Assembly: GCF_001194135.2 (NCBI RefSeq)
Contig: NC_068995.1
Coordinates: 38,492,871-38,556,870, forward strand
Length of the DNA: 64,000 nucleotides
Reading direction: 5' to 3'
From: Octopus bimaculoides
Taxonomy: Eukaryota
Shown here: positions 1 to 11,899 of the stretch, in pieces
Numbering within the stretch: the stretch's first letter is position 1
How the letters are laid out: every line of letters begins with the position of its first letter
The notes under the pieces: model-generated
The model's input: the letters and a program-made list of their open reading frames with translations, nothing else
Database searches by the model: none
Told to the model about the DNA's origin: nothing
Position numbers and translations under genes: made by a program

Positions 1-16
1 TGGTTATTTTATAATA

Positions 17-136
<120 letters not shown>

Positions 137-137
137 A

Positions 138-997
138 AGGCGGCGAGCTGGCAGAATCGTTAGCACGTCGGATGAAATGCTTAGCGTTATCTCGTCTGTG
201 GTTACGTTCTGAGTTCAAATTCTGCTGAGGTCGATTTTGCATTCCATTCATGCAGGGTGTATACTTATTTTAAGTAGCAGATATACACTGTAATCAATGT
301 AATCAACTTATTATTATTCAAAGGCAGCGAGTTGGCAGAATCGTTAGCGCGAAGGCACAGCAGTATTTCGCCCATCGCTACGTTCAAATTACACGGGGGT
401 CGACTTTCCCATTCATAATTTGGGAGTCGATAAATTAAGTACCAATTGAGTAGTGAGGCTGATGTGATCGACCATCGCTCTCCCACAAATTTCAGTCCTT
501 CTACCTATAATAGAAATATTTATGATTATTATTAATTAGGCAGTGAGCGAGTAGAATCGCTAGTACGATAGACAAACTGTTTAGCGGCATTTCGCCCGTC
601 GCTACGTGCTGACTTAAATTCCGCCGAGGTCGACTTTGCCTTTCATCCTTTCGTGGTAAATCAATTTAGTACCAGTGAAACACTGGATCGATGTGATCGA
701 TGTGATCGACTAGTCTCCTCCCACCAAATTTCAGGCCTTGTGCCTATAGTAGAAGAGATTGTTATTATTATTGCTGTTGAGGCATCAGGCTGGCAGAATC
801 GTTAGCACGCGATATATATTCAGCGGTATTCGTCCGTCTTCCGTTCTGAGTTCAAATTCGGACGAGGTTGACATTGCACTTCATCCTCCGAGTAATATTT
901 AAAAAAAGGAGTTCCAGCTGAGTACTGGTGTCGATGAAGTTGACTATCCCCTTCCCCAAAATTTCTGGCCCTGTGCTTATGGAAGAAAGAATTATCA

Positions 998-1032
<35 letters not shown>

Positions 1033-1204
1033 GTTGTTGTTAACGTGGTGAGCGGGAAGATTCGTTAACACGGTTTACAAACTGCTTAGTGGCGTTTGGT
1101 CCGTCTTAGTTCAAATGTGAATGAGCTCAACTTTACCTTTCATCCTTTCGGTGACGACACAATTAGTACCAGTTAAGCACTTGGGTCAATGTAATTGACT
1201 AGAC
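138..1204 (+). mobile_element. Head-to-tail cluster of about 5 diverged copies of tRNA-derived SINE family A (starts near 138, 322, 538, 780, 1044)
   Basis: Each copy has AAGGCGGCGAGCTGGCAGAATCGTTAGC (A-box-like), GAGTTCAAATTC (B-box-like), GAGGTCGACTTTGCCTTTCATCC, AGTACCAGT..GTCGATGTAATCGAC, then a (TAT)n tail. Confidence 0.88.
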
Positions 1205-1663
1205 NNNNNNNNNNNNNNNNNNNNNNNNNNNNNNNNNNNNNNNNNNNNNNNNNNNNNNNNNNNNNNNNNNNNNNNNNNNNNNNNNNNNNNNNNNNNNNNN
1301 NNNNNNNNNNNNNNNNNNNNNNNNNNNNNNNNNNNNNNNNNNNNNNNNNNNNNNNNNNNNNNNNNNNNNNNNNNNNNNNNNNNNNNNNNNNNNNNNNNNN
1401 NNNNNNNNNNNNNNNNNNNNNNNNNNNNNNNNNNNNNNNNNNNNNNNNNNNNNNNNNNNNNNNNNNNNNNNNNNNNNNNNNNNNNNNNNNNNNNNNNNNN
1501 NNNNNNNNNNNNNNNNNNNNNNNNNNNNNNNNNNNNNNNNNNNNNNNNNNNNNNNNNNNNNNNNNNNNNNNNNNNNNNNNNNNNNNNNNNNNNNNNNNNN
1601 NNNNNNNNNNNNNNNNNNNNNNNNNNNNNNNNNNNNNNNNNNNNNNNNNNNNNNNNNNNNNNN

Positions 1664-1777
1664 GGTTTGCTGTGATGTTCTTATGGTTACTGTATTGAAA
1701 GTGTTTTGTGTAGGATGTGTGCAGTGCCCAGTAGTGCAATTTTCTGTATGTTATATATATATTTGTAAGTCCTGGTC

Positions 1778-1778
<1 letters not shown>
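1664..1778 (-). mobile_element. R4/Dong-clade non-LTR retrotransposon, extreme 3' end
   Basis: Minus strand encodes IYNIQKIALLGTAHILHKTLSIQ*, the LQKxALLGTAHILRKxL C-terminus of RLE-type R4/Dong ORFs; runs into the N-gap. Confidence 0.8.
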
Positions 1779-1830
<52 letters not shown>

Positions 1831-1837
1831 CATTATT

Positions 1838-1875
<38 letters not shown>

Positions 1876-1885
1876 TATTATTATT
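1779..1885. repeat. (ATT)n-(CAT)n microsatellite
   Basis: Direct reading. Confidence 0.97.
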
Positions 1886-1886
1886 A

Positions 1887-2075
1887 AAGCACTGAGCTAG
1901 CAGAATCATCAGTACACAGGGCTAAGTGATTAGCGGAATTTCAGCCATCTTTAATGCCACCAGAGTCGACTTTACCTTTCATCATTTATGGGTCGATAAA
2001 ATAAGCACCAGTTGAACACTGCGGTCGATATAATCGACTTATCCCCTCCTCTGAAATTGCTGGCCTTGTACCAAA
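1887..2075 (+). mobile_element. SINE family A copy
   Basis: GAGCTAGCAGAATCATCAG...GAGTCGACTTTACCTTTCATC...GTCGATAAAATAAGCACCAGT...GGCCTTGTACC. Confidence 0.8.
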
Positions 2076-3545
2076 ATTTGAAATCCTCCTCATTATCATT
2101 ATGTTCACCGAGTGTTGGTATTTTTCTATTTGCTATAATATATAGCAGTGATCTTGTCTTCAGATTTAAGGAGAATTCATGAGCAAAAGGAAAAAGGAGC
2201 AGGTGGAAATAATAGTAATTAATCACCATTTTATGCAGCAAGCGGAGGATATTGAACGTAAATAAAACTGGTGAAAACGAGAGACCGAAAAGGTGATTCG
2301 AACCGTTCAGGAAAAAGTCATTATGACGAATCTGGTAATGACAAACTCGAGAAAATAGAGTGAGATTTCAAATATACAATGTTCTGGAAAGGAAACAAAA
2401 ATATAAATAATTTTTTGAGTGAATGCAGTAAGCTAGGACAGGGGAAAATATAAACAGAAGTATGATTGCATGTAAAGAAGAGTACATTGCGAGGTGTCTT
2501 CGAGAAAACAGGTAAGTGGTTTGAAAAGGAATCAAAGGCTGTGATAGGGAATAAGAATAAGATGAGATATCATGGGACATCTCGATAAAATGTAATCATT
2601 CTACTAAAAACCGAGGTAAAAAATTAAAATATAATAAACATTGCAATAGCATCATCATCGCAATTCCCTATAATAACAGAGTCGATACAAAAAAAAAAAA
2701 AAGAAAACGAAAAATACTGAAAAACATCTAAACCTAACTAGAGTAAATATGTAATTTAAAATGAGATGTCAGTGTTATTTCCCTTTTTAACGTAATTTAG
2801 ACGACAGTTTATTTACCGTAACTTGTATGCATGTATGTATGCATGTATGTATNNNNNNNNNNNNNNNNNNNNNNNNNNNNNNNNNNNNNNNNNNNNNNNN
2901 NNNNNNNNNNNNNNNNNNNNNNNNNNNNNNNNNNNNNNNNNNNNNNNNNNNNNNNNNNNNNNNNNNNNNNNNNNNNNNNNNNNNNNNNNNNNNNNNNNNN
3001 NNNNNNNNNNNNNNNNNNNNNNNNNNNNNNNNNNNNNNNNNNNNNNNNNNNNNNNNNNNNNNNNNNNNNNNNNNNNNNNNNNNNNNNNNNNNNNNNNNNN
3101 NNNNNNNNNNNNNNNNNNNNNNNNNNNNNNNNNNNNNNNNNNNNNNNNNNNNNNNNNNNNNNNNNNNNNNNNNNNNNNNNNNNNNNNNNNNNNNNNNNNN
3201 NNNNNNNNNNNNNNNNNNNNNNNNNNNNNNNNNNNNNNNNNNNNNNNNNNNNNNNNNNNNNNNNNNNNNNNNNNNNNNNNNNNNNNNNNNNNNNNNNNNN
3301 NNNNNNNNNNNNNNNNNNNNNNNNNNNNNNNNNNNNNNNNNNNNNNNNNNNNNNNNNNNNNNNNNNNNNNNNNNNNNNNNNNNNNNNNNNNNNNNNNNNN
3401 NNNNNNNNNNNNNNNNNNNNNNNNNNNNNNNNNNNNNNNNNNNNNNNNNNNNNNNNNNNNNNNNNNNNNNNNNNNNNNNNNNNNNNNNNNNNNNNNNNNN
3501 NNNNNNNNNNNNNNNNNNNNNNNNNNNNNNNNNNNNNNNNNNNNN

Positions 3546-3597
<52 letters not shown>

Positions 3598-4075
3598 TGT
3601 AGCTATACAGACGACTGCATTGGTTCTAACTCCGTTTCCCCCAAGCAGCACTTCACATTTATATCTAACCACCCCAACTTCTACCTTCTCCTTTTTCATA
3701 TCTGATACTTCTGTCAACTTCCTCGACATCTCTCTCTCTATTTCTTTCCCCCACTCTCTGTCGGCCCTCTCACCCACTCTTTCATCATCACATCCTTTAA
3801 ACTGACGGATTCAAACTTTTGCTGCAACGTTTTTCCTCCAACCCACCCTTCCCACGCCAATAGGGCTTTCCCCTATTCCCAGTTACTGCGTCTCTGACGT
3901 CTGTACAGCAGTGTCACGATTTCGACACTCAGTCTCTTGTTCATGTATCATAAATACCCATCCAACCTTGTCAAAGATGCCCTTACTCGTGCCCACCAAG
4001 TCGATCACACCACAGCCCTCACGTCCTCCGCACATCTGATCCTCTATCAATTTCTGAAGCGAAACATCTACCGAT
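3598..4075 (+). mobile_element. Penelope-like element, reverse transcriptase fragment (degenerate)
   Basis: YTDDCIG (YIDD motif), HPNF, ISDTSVNFLDISLSI, then PYSQLLRL and YPSNLVKDA segments across frameshifts. Confidence 0.8.
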
Positions 4076-4134
4076 CCCATTGCGAGACTAGTATAGGGCT
4101 TTGAACGCCTGATGTCATTCTAGGTGCCAAGCGC

Positions 4135-4136
<2 letters not shown>

Positions 4137-4205
<69 letters not shown>
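4137..4205. repeat. (ATT)n microsatellite
   Basis: Direct reading. Confidence 0.97.
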
Positions 4206-4208
<3 letters not shown>

Positions 4209-4908
4209 TTAATTGGCCACATGTGCTGTTGGATTGGGGAACAGAACGTTGACGAAGCATATTGATAAACAACAGTAAATCTAAATATTAAAGTTCTGCG
4301 ATTAAAATAATTAAGAAAATACCGTAATGAATTATAAGCACTTATTAGAACAGATAAAACACGAAAAAAAAAAAGAAAAGGAAGAGATCCACTACATGGT
4401 GGAACAACTATCAAGAGTGATAATAGAAAAAAATAAACCCAAAACTAACTCCGGTCATTACAGACATTTTTGTAAAATATACTCGGGGATATAACTTTCC
4501 CTACCCTTAATAACCTCTTGATGTAGTATTTAAACCTGATGAAGCTAATAATTCATTATACGCACACATACACTTAAAACCAACTTCAAATATACTTTGT
4601 AGCCCCTAAAATGAAGGAAAACTGTTTATCTGATATTCTTATCCGATAATTTTCAACTCTTAAGAAAAATATTTCGCCCATACTGAAATTGTATAAGAAA
4701 ATATTATTGAAAGTATATAAAGGTACATTTGCTGCGTTACAAGCAAGATATGCCGTACTGAACTAAACATATTTCAGCTTGAGAAAAAATATAACGCACG
4801 AATTATAGTAAAAAGAAGTTAAGTTAAACACAGCGAAGAGGTGACAGAGAAAGATATGAAAGACCAACTATCTAGATACCGAAGTAAATATATTTTCACA
4901 AATTAGAC

Positions 4909-5330
4909 GCAGGCGTGGCTCTGTGGTTAGGCGTTGGCGTGGCTGTGTGGTAAGTAGCTTTCTTCCTGACAACATTATTCTGGGTTCAGTCCCACTGCGT
5001 GGCACCTTGAGCAAGTGTCTCCAACTATAGCCTCGGGTCGACCAAAGCCTTGTCAGTGGATTTGGTAGATGGAAACTGAAATAAGCCTGTCGTATATACA
5101 TATACATATGTATGTGTGTGTTTGTGTGTCTGTATTTGTCCCCACCATCGCTTAACAACCGATGTTGGTGTGTTCATGACCCCGCAACTTAACAGTTCGG
5201 CAAAAGAAATAGACAGAATAAGTATCATGCTTACAATAAGTCCTGATTCGTTTTGTTTGACTAAAGGCGGTGCGCCAACATGACCGCAGTCAAATGACTG
5301 AAGCTAGTAAAAGAATAAAAGAATAAATAA
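4909..5330 (+). mobile_element. tRNA-derived SINE family B, near full length, with a duplicated head motif
   Basis: GGCGTGGCT(C/G)TGTGGT occurs twice, GGGTTCAGTCCCACTG B-box-like, core CACCTTGAGCAAGTGTCT..., internal (TA/TG)n, 3' GCAGTCAAATGACTGAA and (AAAAGAAT)n tail. Confidence 0.85.
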
Positions 5331-5689
5331 CGGAAAGTGCACGTCATTACGTTTGCAATAGGCAGATTATTAATTATTACACTGTTTCTCGAAGACATTA
5401 AGACATTTTTTATACGGATATGAAAAATATGAAGGTGAGGAAGCTTTGTAAACACTGCTAGGAGAATCTGGTAATGAATTTGTTAATGTTGAAGATCAAT
5501 GTTCATCCTTGTAGAACTCGGTACATGTTTTATTTTCCGATTCGATCATTATTTTCAAATTTGAAATCTTAGAAGCACTTTTTCTAAATCATACATAATT
5601 ACTTTTCGAAGAACTCCAGGAATTTTATGTATTTTCCAAAACTCTAACTCATAATGATATTATTAATAACGCTTTATAAATTTGTCAGA

Positions 5690-6095
5690 AGGCTGGTGAT
5701 TTTATGGTAAAGGACAAAAAATAGCGGTACTTATTTTATCAACACCGAATGTCTTGCAAACAACTCGCACATGCAAGTGCTACCAGTCAATAACTCCGCA
5801 TACCGGAAGCCAGCAAGTGTATGGGGTCATCAGGAGAGAATGCGCGCCGTTTCGAGGCCTACCTCTCGACGGCATCAATACGCACCGGCCCCCCTCACTG
5901 ATATGAGGCCCCGCTTGCTAGATCAACCGATTATTAAAACAAAGCTCAATATTTCTCTAGCCATTTTATCAACACCGAATGTATGAAAAGCAAATTTAAC
6001 CTCGTTGTGATTTTATCTAAGAATATAAAGAATCAGAAGTAATATTATTAAGTATTTCGCCCGACGCCCTAAAGATTCTGCCAACTAACCACCTT
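5690..6095 (-). mobile_element. SINE family A copy split by a 210-bp insertion
   Basis: GGTACTTATTTTATCAACACCGAATG...AAAGCAAATTTAACCTCG...GATTCTGCCAAC is the reverse complement of family A. Confidence 0.7.
5753..5962. mobile_element. Unclassified 210-bp insertion with a 20-bp target-site duplication
   Basis: ATTTTATCAACACCGAATGT occurs at 5733-5752 and 5963-5982, flanking a more GC-rich insert. Confidence 0.75.
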
Positions 6096-6117
6096 GGAGG
6101 TATTGCTTTCATATTTT

Positions 6118-6320
6118 AGTACAAGGCCAGGAATTTCGGGAGATGGGAGAGTTGGGGTAAGTCAATTACATCGACCCAGCATTCAACTGGTACTTATTTT
6201 ATAGACCTCGAAGGAATGAAAGCAAATTCGGTCTCAGCGGAATATGAACTCAGAAAGTAAAGAGGAACAAAATGTCGCGAAGCAATTTATCTAGTGTGCA
6301 AACGATTCTGGCAGTTCACA
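6118..6320 (-). mobile_element. SINE family A copy
   Basis: GTACAAGGCCAGGAATTT...ACATCGACCCAGCATTCAACTGGTACTTATTTTAT...GAACTCAGAA...ACGATTCTGGCAG. Confidence 0.8.
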
Positions 6321-7917
6321 GCGTTGACCACCTTAAAGTTATTAGTAATTATATGACTGAATAGTGTGTGACTGCTCCGAAAAATATCGGTCAACATCGA
6401 TTAAAACAGCGCATCATACCAAAGATATATAAAAAATAATGAAGTATATTTATATATAAAAATATTTATTCAGTGTGTTTTGTCTTTCGTTTCTAAAATA
6501 TTTCTTTCACGTTTGAAAGGTCTTTCAACTTAAGAATTTCTTAAATATCTGAATAATTTCTTGATCATATAATTATTTTTTAACGCTCACGAGAATCGTG
6601 GATTTGATACCAAACGGAAATATGTTGTCGGAGAACAATTGATATAAATCCCAGTTCGAATAGACCCTCCAAAAAGTGACCAATAAACGCAAATAATATA
6701 TTTATATAAACGAATGTGAGTAAATTTAAGTGAATATTCATTTCGGACGAGTCAGTTCTTTGAATTTTTAGCATAGAAAGAACGACAAACAGACACTACA
6801 ATACTCCACCCCATCAGAAATGAGTAATGAGTTATAAAATGCATTGTTACTTATTTTAAAGTACTTTACCTCCGAACTAGACAAATGAACATAAGAGTTA
6901 TAGTTGAAAGAGGAGAATATGATTCTATTCTACATAAATATTCTACATCGACGCTCTACACCACAAACTAAAATAGGACAATAAATGTTCGAGGAAAATA
7001 TTGACTCGAATCAGACTGTCGAATATCAATTAAATTGCTAAATGAAGATGGATAGATACCTCTCACACTAAAAATAAAGAAAAATAACCGAACATTGAAA
7101 ACGAATATAGCAATATACAAGTGATTACAAAAGAAAACAAAAAACGGGACGGACACAAGCGCAAAAATAAACCGGTGAATAAACAACAAAACGAAACAAA
7201 AATATAATAAACTGTAATACGAAGAAAATTGACGTATGAATGCTGGAAAGAATAAGTGCAATAGAAAATAGTGGAAAACAAATGTTAATTACATCTTATG
7301 TAAGTGGAAAGAGTTAAATAATTAAATCATTAGGTTTTCTTTATCACCAGCGAAACATTTCAATGATAAAACAAAATTATAGAAAATGCAAACCTGATTA
7401 TCAGAAAGTTAATGAAAACTGACACGAATATCAGAAAGTTAAAAGCCATAAAATATAGTTGTCACTCCTCCGTACGCAAATATTCGCAGATGAAAGCCTA
7501 AACAATTTACATTAAATCATTTACAAAAAAATATCAAACGCATGAAAAGATATTTTAGTGCTTACACAATTAAACATCTTTGGTTGAAGTAAAACCCTTT
7601 TAGAGGAAACCAACAAATTCAAACCAAAAACTGAAATAATTGATAGTTTATTGAAGGGAAGATAAACAACAAGAAAATTATGGGAATCCCAAAAAATTAA
7701 ACTCATTCCATCGTTATACAGGAAGAGTGATTTCAAGAGTATACTTTGCCTTCAATTATTTTGTATCTCATTCCATCGCCCATAACCAACGCATAAAAGT
7801 ACTGCGGATTGAAACACAAACGCTATGACAGAACACTTTCACAGATTTTGCATATAAGCGGTAAAATATATACTGCAGAGGGAAAAATGTACGTGTGGGT
7901 TCCTGTGTGAGCATATA

Positions 7918-9179
7918 TTGTGTCATCCCATAAATAATGCGGTTCTGTTAATTGTATGAACAAACAGTCGGAGGGGGTGGGATAAACTACCACCAGCATC
8001 AAGTTGCTATAAAAGTTGGTAGTAATTTTACATTGATCTTATTCTTACAGCAAGTTTTAAAAAGTGCAATTCGATTTTAACAGTTTTTTTTTCAAACCTC
8101 TAATGGATGTGACAAAGGAGCATATTCGGGATATTTTGCTTTATGAGTTCAATAAAGTCAACAACGCAACGGGAAGTGCAAGGAATATTAATGCCGTATA
8201 TGGTGATCGGATAATAAGTATAAGCCAGTGTCAAAGGTGGTTCCAGAAATTCGGAGCCTGAAATGACATCCTAGAAGACGACCCCCGACCTAGAACGTCT
8301 GTAGATCTCGACGAAGATGTCCTGCAAACTCTGGCGGAACGAAATCCCATCGTAGCTGGCAGATAAGCTTGGATTTAGTCATTCAACCATTCATCGACAC
8401 CTGCGTACTATCGGAAAAGTAAGTAAATTGAGTCAATGGATTCCTCGCAAACTTTCCGAGCGTAAACGCGCGCAGAATGTGAATGTGTGCTCTTCTTTGC
8501 TGTCGCGTCTCACGAATGAACCTTTTTGAACTGACTGGTGACGAGAAATGGGTTCTCTATAAAAATATCAAGCGCCGAAAACAGTGTGTAGGGAAAGGAG
8601 AAACACCGGCACTCAAGGCTAAAGAATGTATTCAACTACGTAAGGTGTTGCTATAGGTTTGGTGGGATATGAAACGTTGAGTCCACTTTGAACTTTTAAA
8701 CCCAAACAAATCGATAACAAAGGAAATATACTGCCACACAGCTTCAGTGGTTTAATTCAGTGCTAGAAGAAAAACGGCCATCTTTTGTTTCAGGGTGTTC
8801 TTACATCAGGATAATCCTCGGTCGCATACAGCGAGGTTGATGCTCCAAAGGTTGGAGCAGTTTGAATGAGAAATGATGCTCCACCCACCATAATCGCCGG
8901 ACATTGCTCCATCTGATTATCATTCATTCTGCAGTCTTCGAAATGATTTGGAAGGAAAAATATGAACTCTGTAGATGTGGTCAGAACAGTACTGGAGGAA
9001 TATTTTTCGTCACAGACAAGTGAGTTTTGGAAGAGGGGTCTTGCAAGTGTATCAAATAGATGGAAGAGCATTGTAGAAAAGGAAGGAGAGTATATTTTAG
9101 ATTAAAAAAGAACTTTGTTGATCTTAATTTTCAAAAATAAAGAAGTATAAAAAAACACATTATTTATTGGATGAGCCAA
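7918..9179 (+). mobile_element. Full-length decayed mariner (DD34D) transposon
   Basis: Imperfect TIRs TTGTGTCATCCCATAAATAATGCGG / ACACATTATTTATTGGATGAGCCAA flanked by TA; ATG at 8103, CQRWFQKF, WIPRKL (8437), TGDEKWVLY (8534), HQDN (8804), SPDIAPSDY (8894); stops and frameshifts. Confidence 0.93.
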
Positions 9180-10554
9180 TATTTATTGGAGCCATCATCA
9201 GTCAGTTTTCTGTCTCTCACATTCTCTCTCTTTCTTTCTCTCTCTCACTCTCTATCTCTGTCTTTATCTCACTGTGTATGTGTGTGTGCTGTGTGCGCGC
9301 GCGTGAATGTGTGTGAGTGCGTGTGTTTGTTCGTGTATGTGTGTGTGTGCGTTTGTGTGGCGGGTGTATGAGTGTTTGTGTGTATGTGTATGCGTGCTTG
9401 ATTAGTATCAAATATGAATGTATATTAATTTCAGACAAGTTTTAAACATGTAACCACGTGTGTCTCTTTTCCGCAACAGCTTAGCTTATTCTTTATTCCT
9501 GTCATGTTTATATTCTTGATACATATTAGATTGGTTCAGACATATGTATTCTATTGAATGAAACGCGATTCTACTGCTTTTTATATTCTATCACTCTCTC
9601 ATCTTACATTAGAATTCCATATAAACCGTAGAAGATGTACGTTTCTCTGTAACTAATAATTCTTTTACTTTGTCATTGCTAAGAATTGAGAAGCTTCACT
9701 TGTGTAAACTGTTTCTTCTTTAGCCTTTGGTCCAGATACTTATGTTCCGTCAATCAATGCAGGCTATATATAAAACCAGCAACAACTTTCAACTTGCTGA
9801 GATTTGAGCTTTATATGTTCCAGGTAATATCTTCTAATATACAATTAACATATTTATGTAACGTATTGTGAATGTTTATTTGAGATAGTTATTTGAAATA
9901 ATATTCCTTCTCAGTATTTAACGATAAGTATCTAGTATTAGCAGCCGTTGTTTGCTTAGAATTATTTCGAATCAAAACTGGTTTCAACTTTCATTATTGT
10001 TAGCTGAAAACGAGACTTCATCATATTCTGTTACCTTTCAATTTTTGTGATTTACTGGAGAATACAATTCATTTGAAGTATTTAAATAACCGAGGAAGTG
10101 AAACTACGTTGTAGATGTCATCATAAATAGCTGTAAATGGAGAACTGTTTCTTGATATGTCAGCTTAACAAACATCTTCATTTTCAATCGAATATTCGAG
10201 TAAATTTAAATTGTTCATTACAGAAAAAAATATTTGGGAAGGAAAGATTGACAAGAGCGCCAAGTGGTAAACATTCCTACTTCGTTGAATCGTTCATCAC
10301 TAGTCCATATGGTTGCTTTATGCACACACGCGCCGGCGCACACACACATACACATACGCAAACTAACGCACATGCGTGCGTATACAAGTATAGACGTATC
10401 TGTGCAATTATGAGGTTTGTGTCGCAACGCCAGGTTTTCATGTCAGTTCCATTGAGCCAGCTTCTCGTATATCTCTAGGCAAAGCAATACGGCGTCAGTG
10501 AATTTGGCTCAGAGAAACTCTCTCGAACACCCGTCATATATTTCTGTGTCCGTC

Positions 10555-10606
<52 letters not shown>

Positions 10607-10639
10607 TCCCCGCTTGTCTAAGCTTGCATGTGCCTGTGC

Positions 10640-10850
10640 ATGTGTACCAGTTACTGCATTTAAACCTACACCACATCACAGCCCCTGTTGGGTTTCCTAT
10701 ATCCCCATAATTAAGCACTCCGGTTTAAGGGACCGGCCCAGTAAGCTCGAAATATAGAAATATAACTATTGGAGTTCAGTTGTTCGACTAAACACTTCAA
10801 GCTGGTTACACATCATGGCTGCACTCGAATAACTGAAACTAGTTAGAATA
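10640..10850 (+). mobile_element. SINE family B, 3' portion
   Basis: GTTCGACTAAACACTTCAAGCTGGT...CATGGCTGCACTCGAATAACTGAAACTAGTTAGAATA resembles the family B 3' end. Confidence 0.6.
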
Positions 10851-10908
10851 CATAAGTGTGCGTGTCCTAGGTATGAACATACATACAGGCATGTATATAT
10901 ATATATAC

Positions 10909-10942
<34 letters not shown>

Positions 10943-11899
10943 AGTCAAAATAAGTAGTTGGGTATCAAGTAGTGAGGCACTACGACCGTTTCAAGTGGCT
11001 CCATTTAATTGAACATTGCAATCATTACAATCATTACATCAAGTTAAAAGCAGTGCCATCTTCAACTGCACAGATAAATAAATAGAATTTTAACAAGTAG
11101 GACACATAAATATAATTTTTCTGTTATATTTTAACAGACCAAAAAGTTGGAAGAAATTCATGTTTCCTCTATTGTAGCTAAAAATAGACTACACTTCCAA
11201 GAATCGCATGAAACCTGTTCGGGGTTATAGTATTGTAAGGGATTGTAATTTATTTCTAATTCAATTATCTCTTTATCAACCACTAGGCAAATAAGTTATT
11301 TTTGTACTAAACATAAATACTCCAGGAACTTTTTGATACAACATCGTACATGTGTGTATGTGTGTATATATATATATATATACAAACATTTATACACATT
11401 TATACACATTTATACATACATACATATATACATGCATACATACATACATACATACATACATACACTGGGATGACTGTTGTGTGCAAGTGTGTTTCCTCTT
11501 GCTCAGGTCATAAGGAAGTAGTTAGATTCATTTGAATCGCAGTACATAATCAAACACCGCACCATTCTTTCAGCTATCTGATTTGCTTATTCTGTTGTCA
11601 GTCAGAATACATAATTGCTGTTATATAAATTGCTGATTGTTGTAGAAAAACTGCTTGCTTAATATAATTCCCAAACACTTTCATGATGATTGAAATAATT
11701 CTTATTTCATCTTTTTATTTGTCTTAACGCTCCTATTCTCAGTTTGTTTACACACTTTCATGAAACATTGAAAACGTAAAACTGAAAGATTGATATTTCT
11801 TTCACAAACAAGTCTTTAATAATAATTTATGAGGTACACACAGAACAGAGTGAAACCAAATAAAAGCGAACCTATTTATTCTTAATGCGTTCCATTAGA

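Noticed and set aside
138-1204. Regularly spaced repeats superficially like a CRISPR array
   Set aside because: Units are about 200-bp diverged SINEs with microsatellite tails; no short identical repeats, unique spacers or cas genes; eukaryotic context
2470-2516. Plus-strand MIACKEEYIARCLREN ending at a perfect donor CAG|GTAAGT
   Set aside because: No convincing acceptor, in-frame stop just upstream, and no recognisable homology
4537-4560. Isolated CTGATGA hits (also about 16084, 47264, 59895)
   Set aside because: No correctly placed stem II-GAAA-stem III-NUH, so not hammerheads
5370-5560. Protein-like minus frame MIESENKTCTEFYKDEH*SSTL..YKKCLNVFEKQC
   Set aside because: Internal stop, no clear splice pair and no recognisable family
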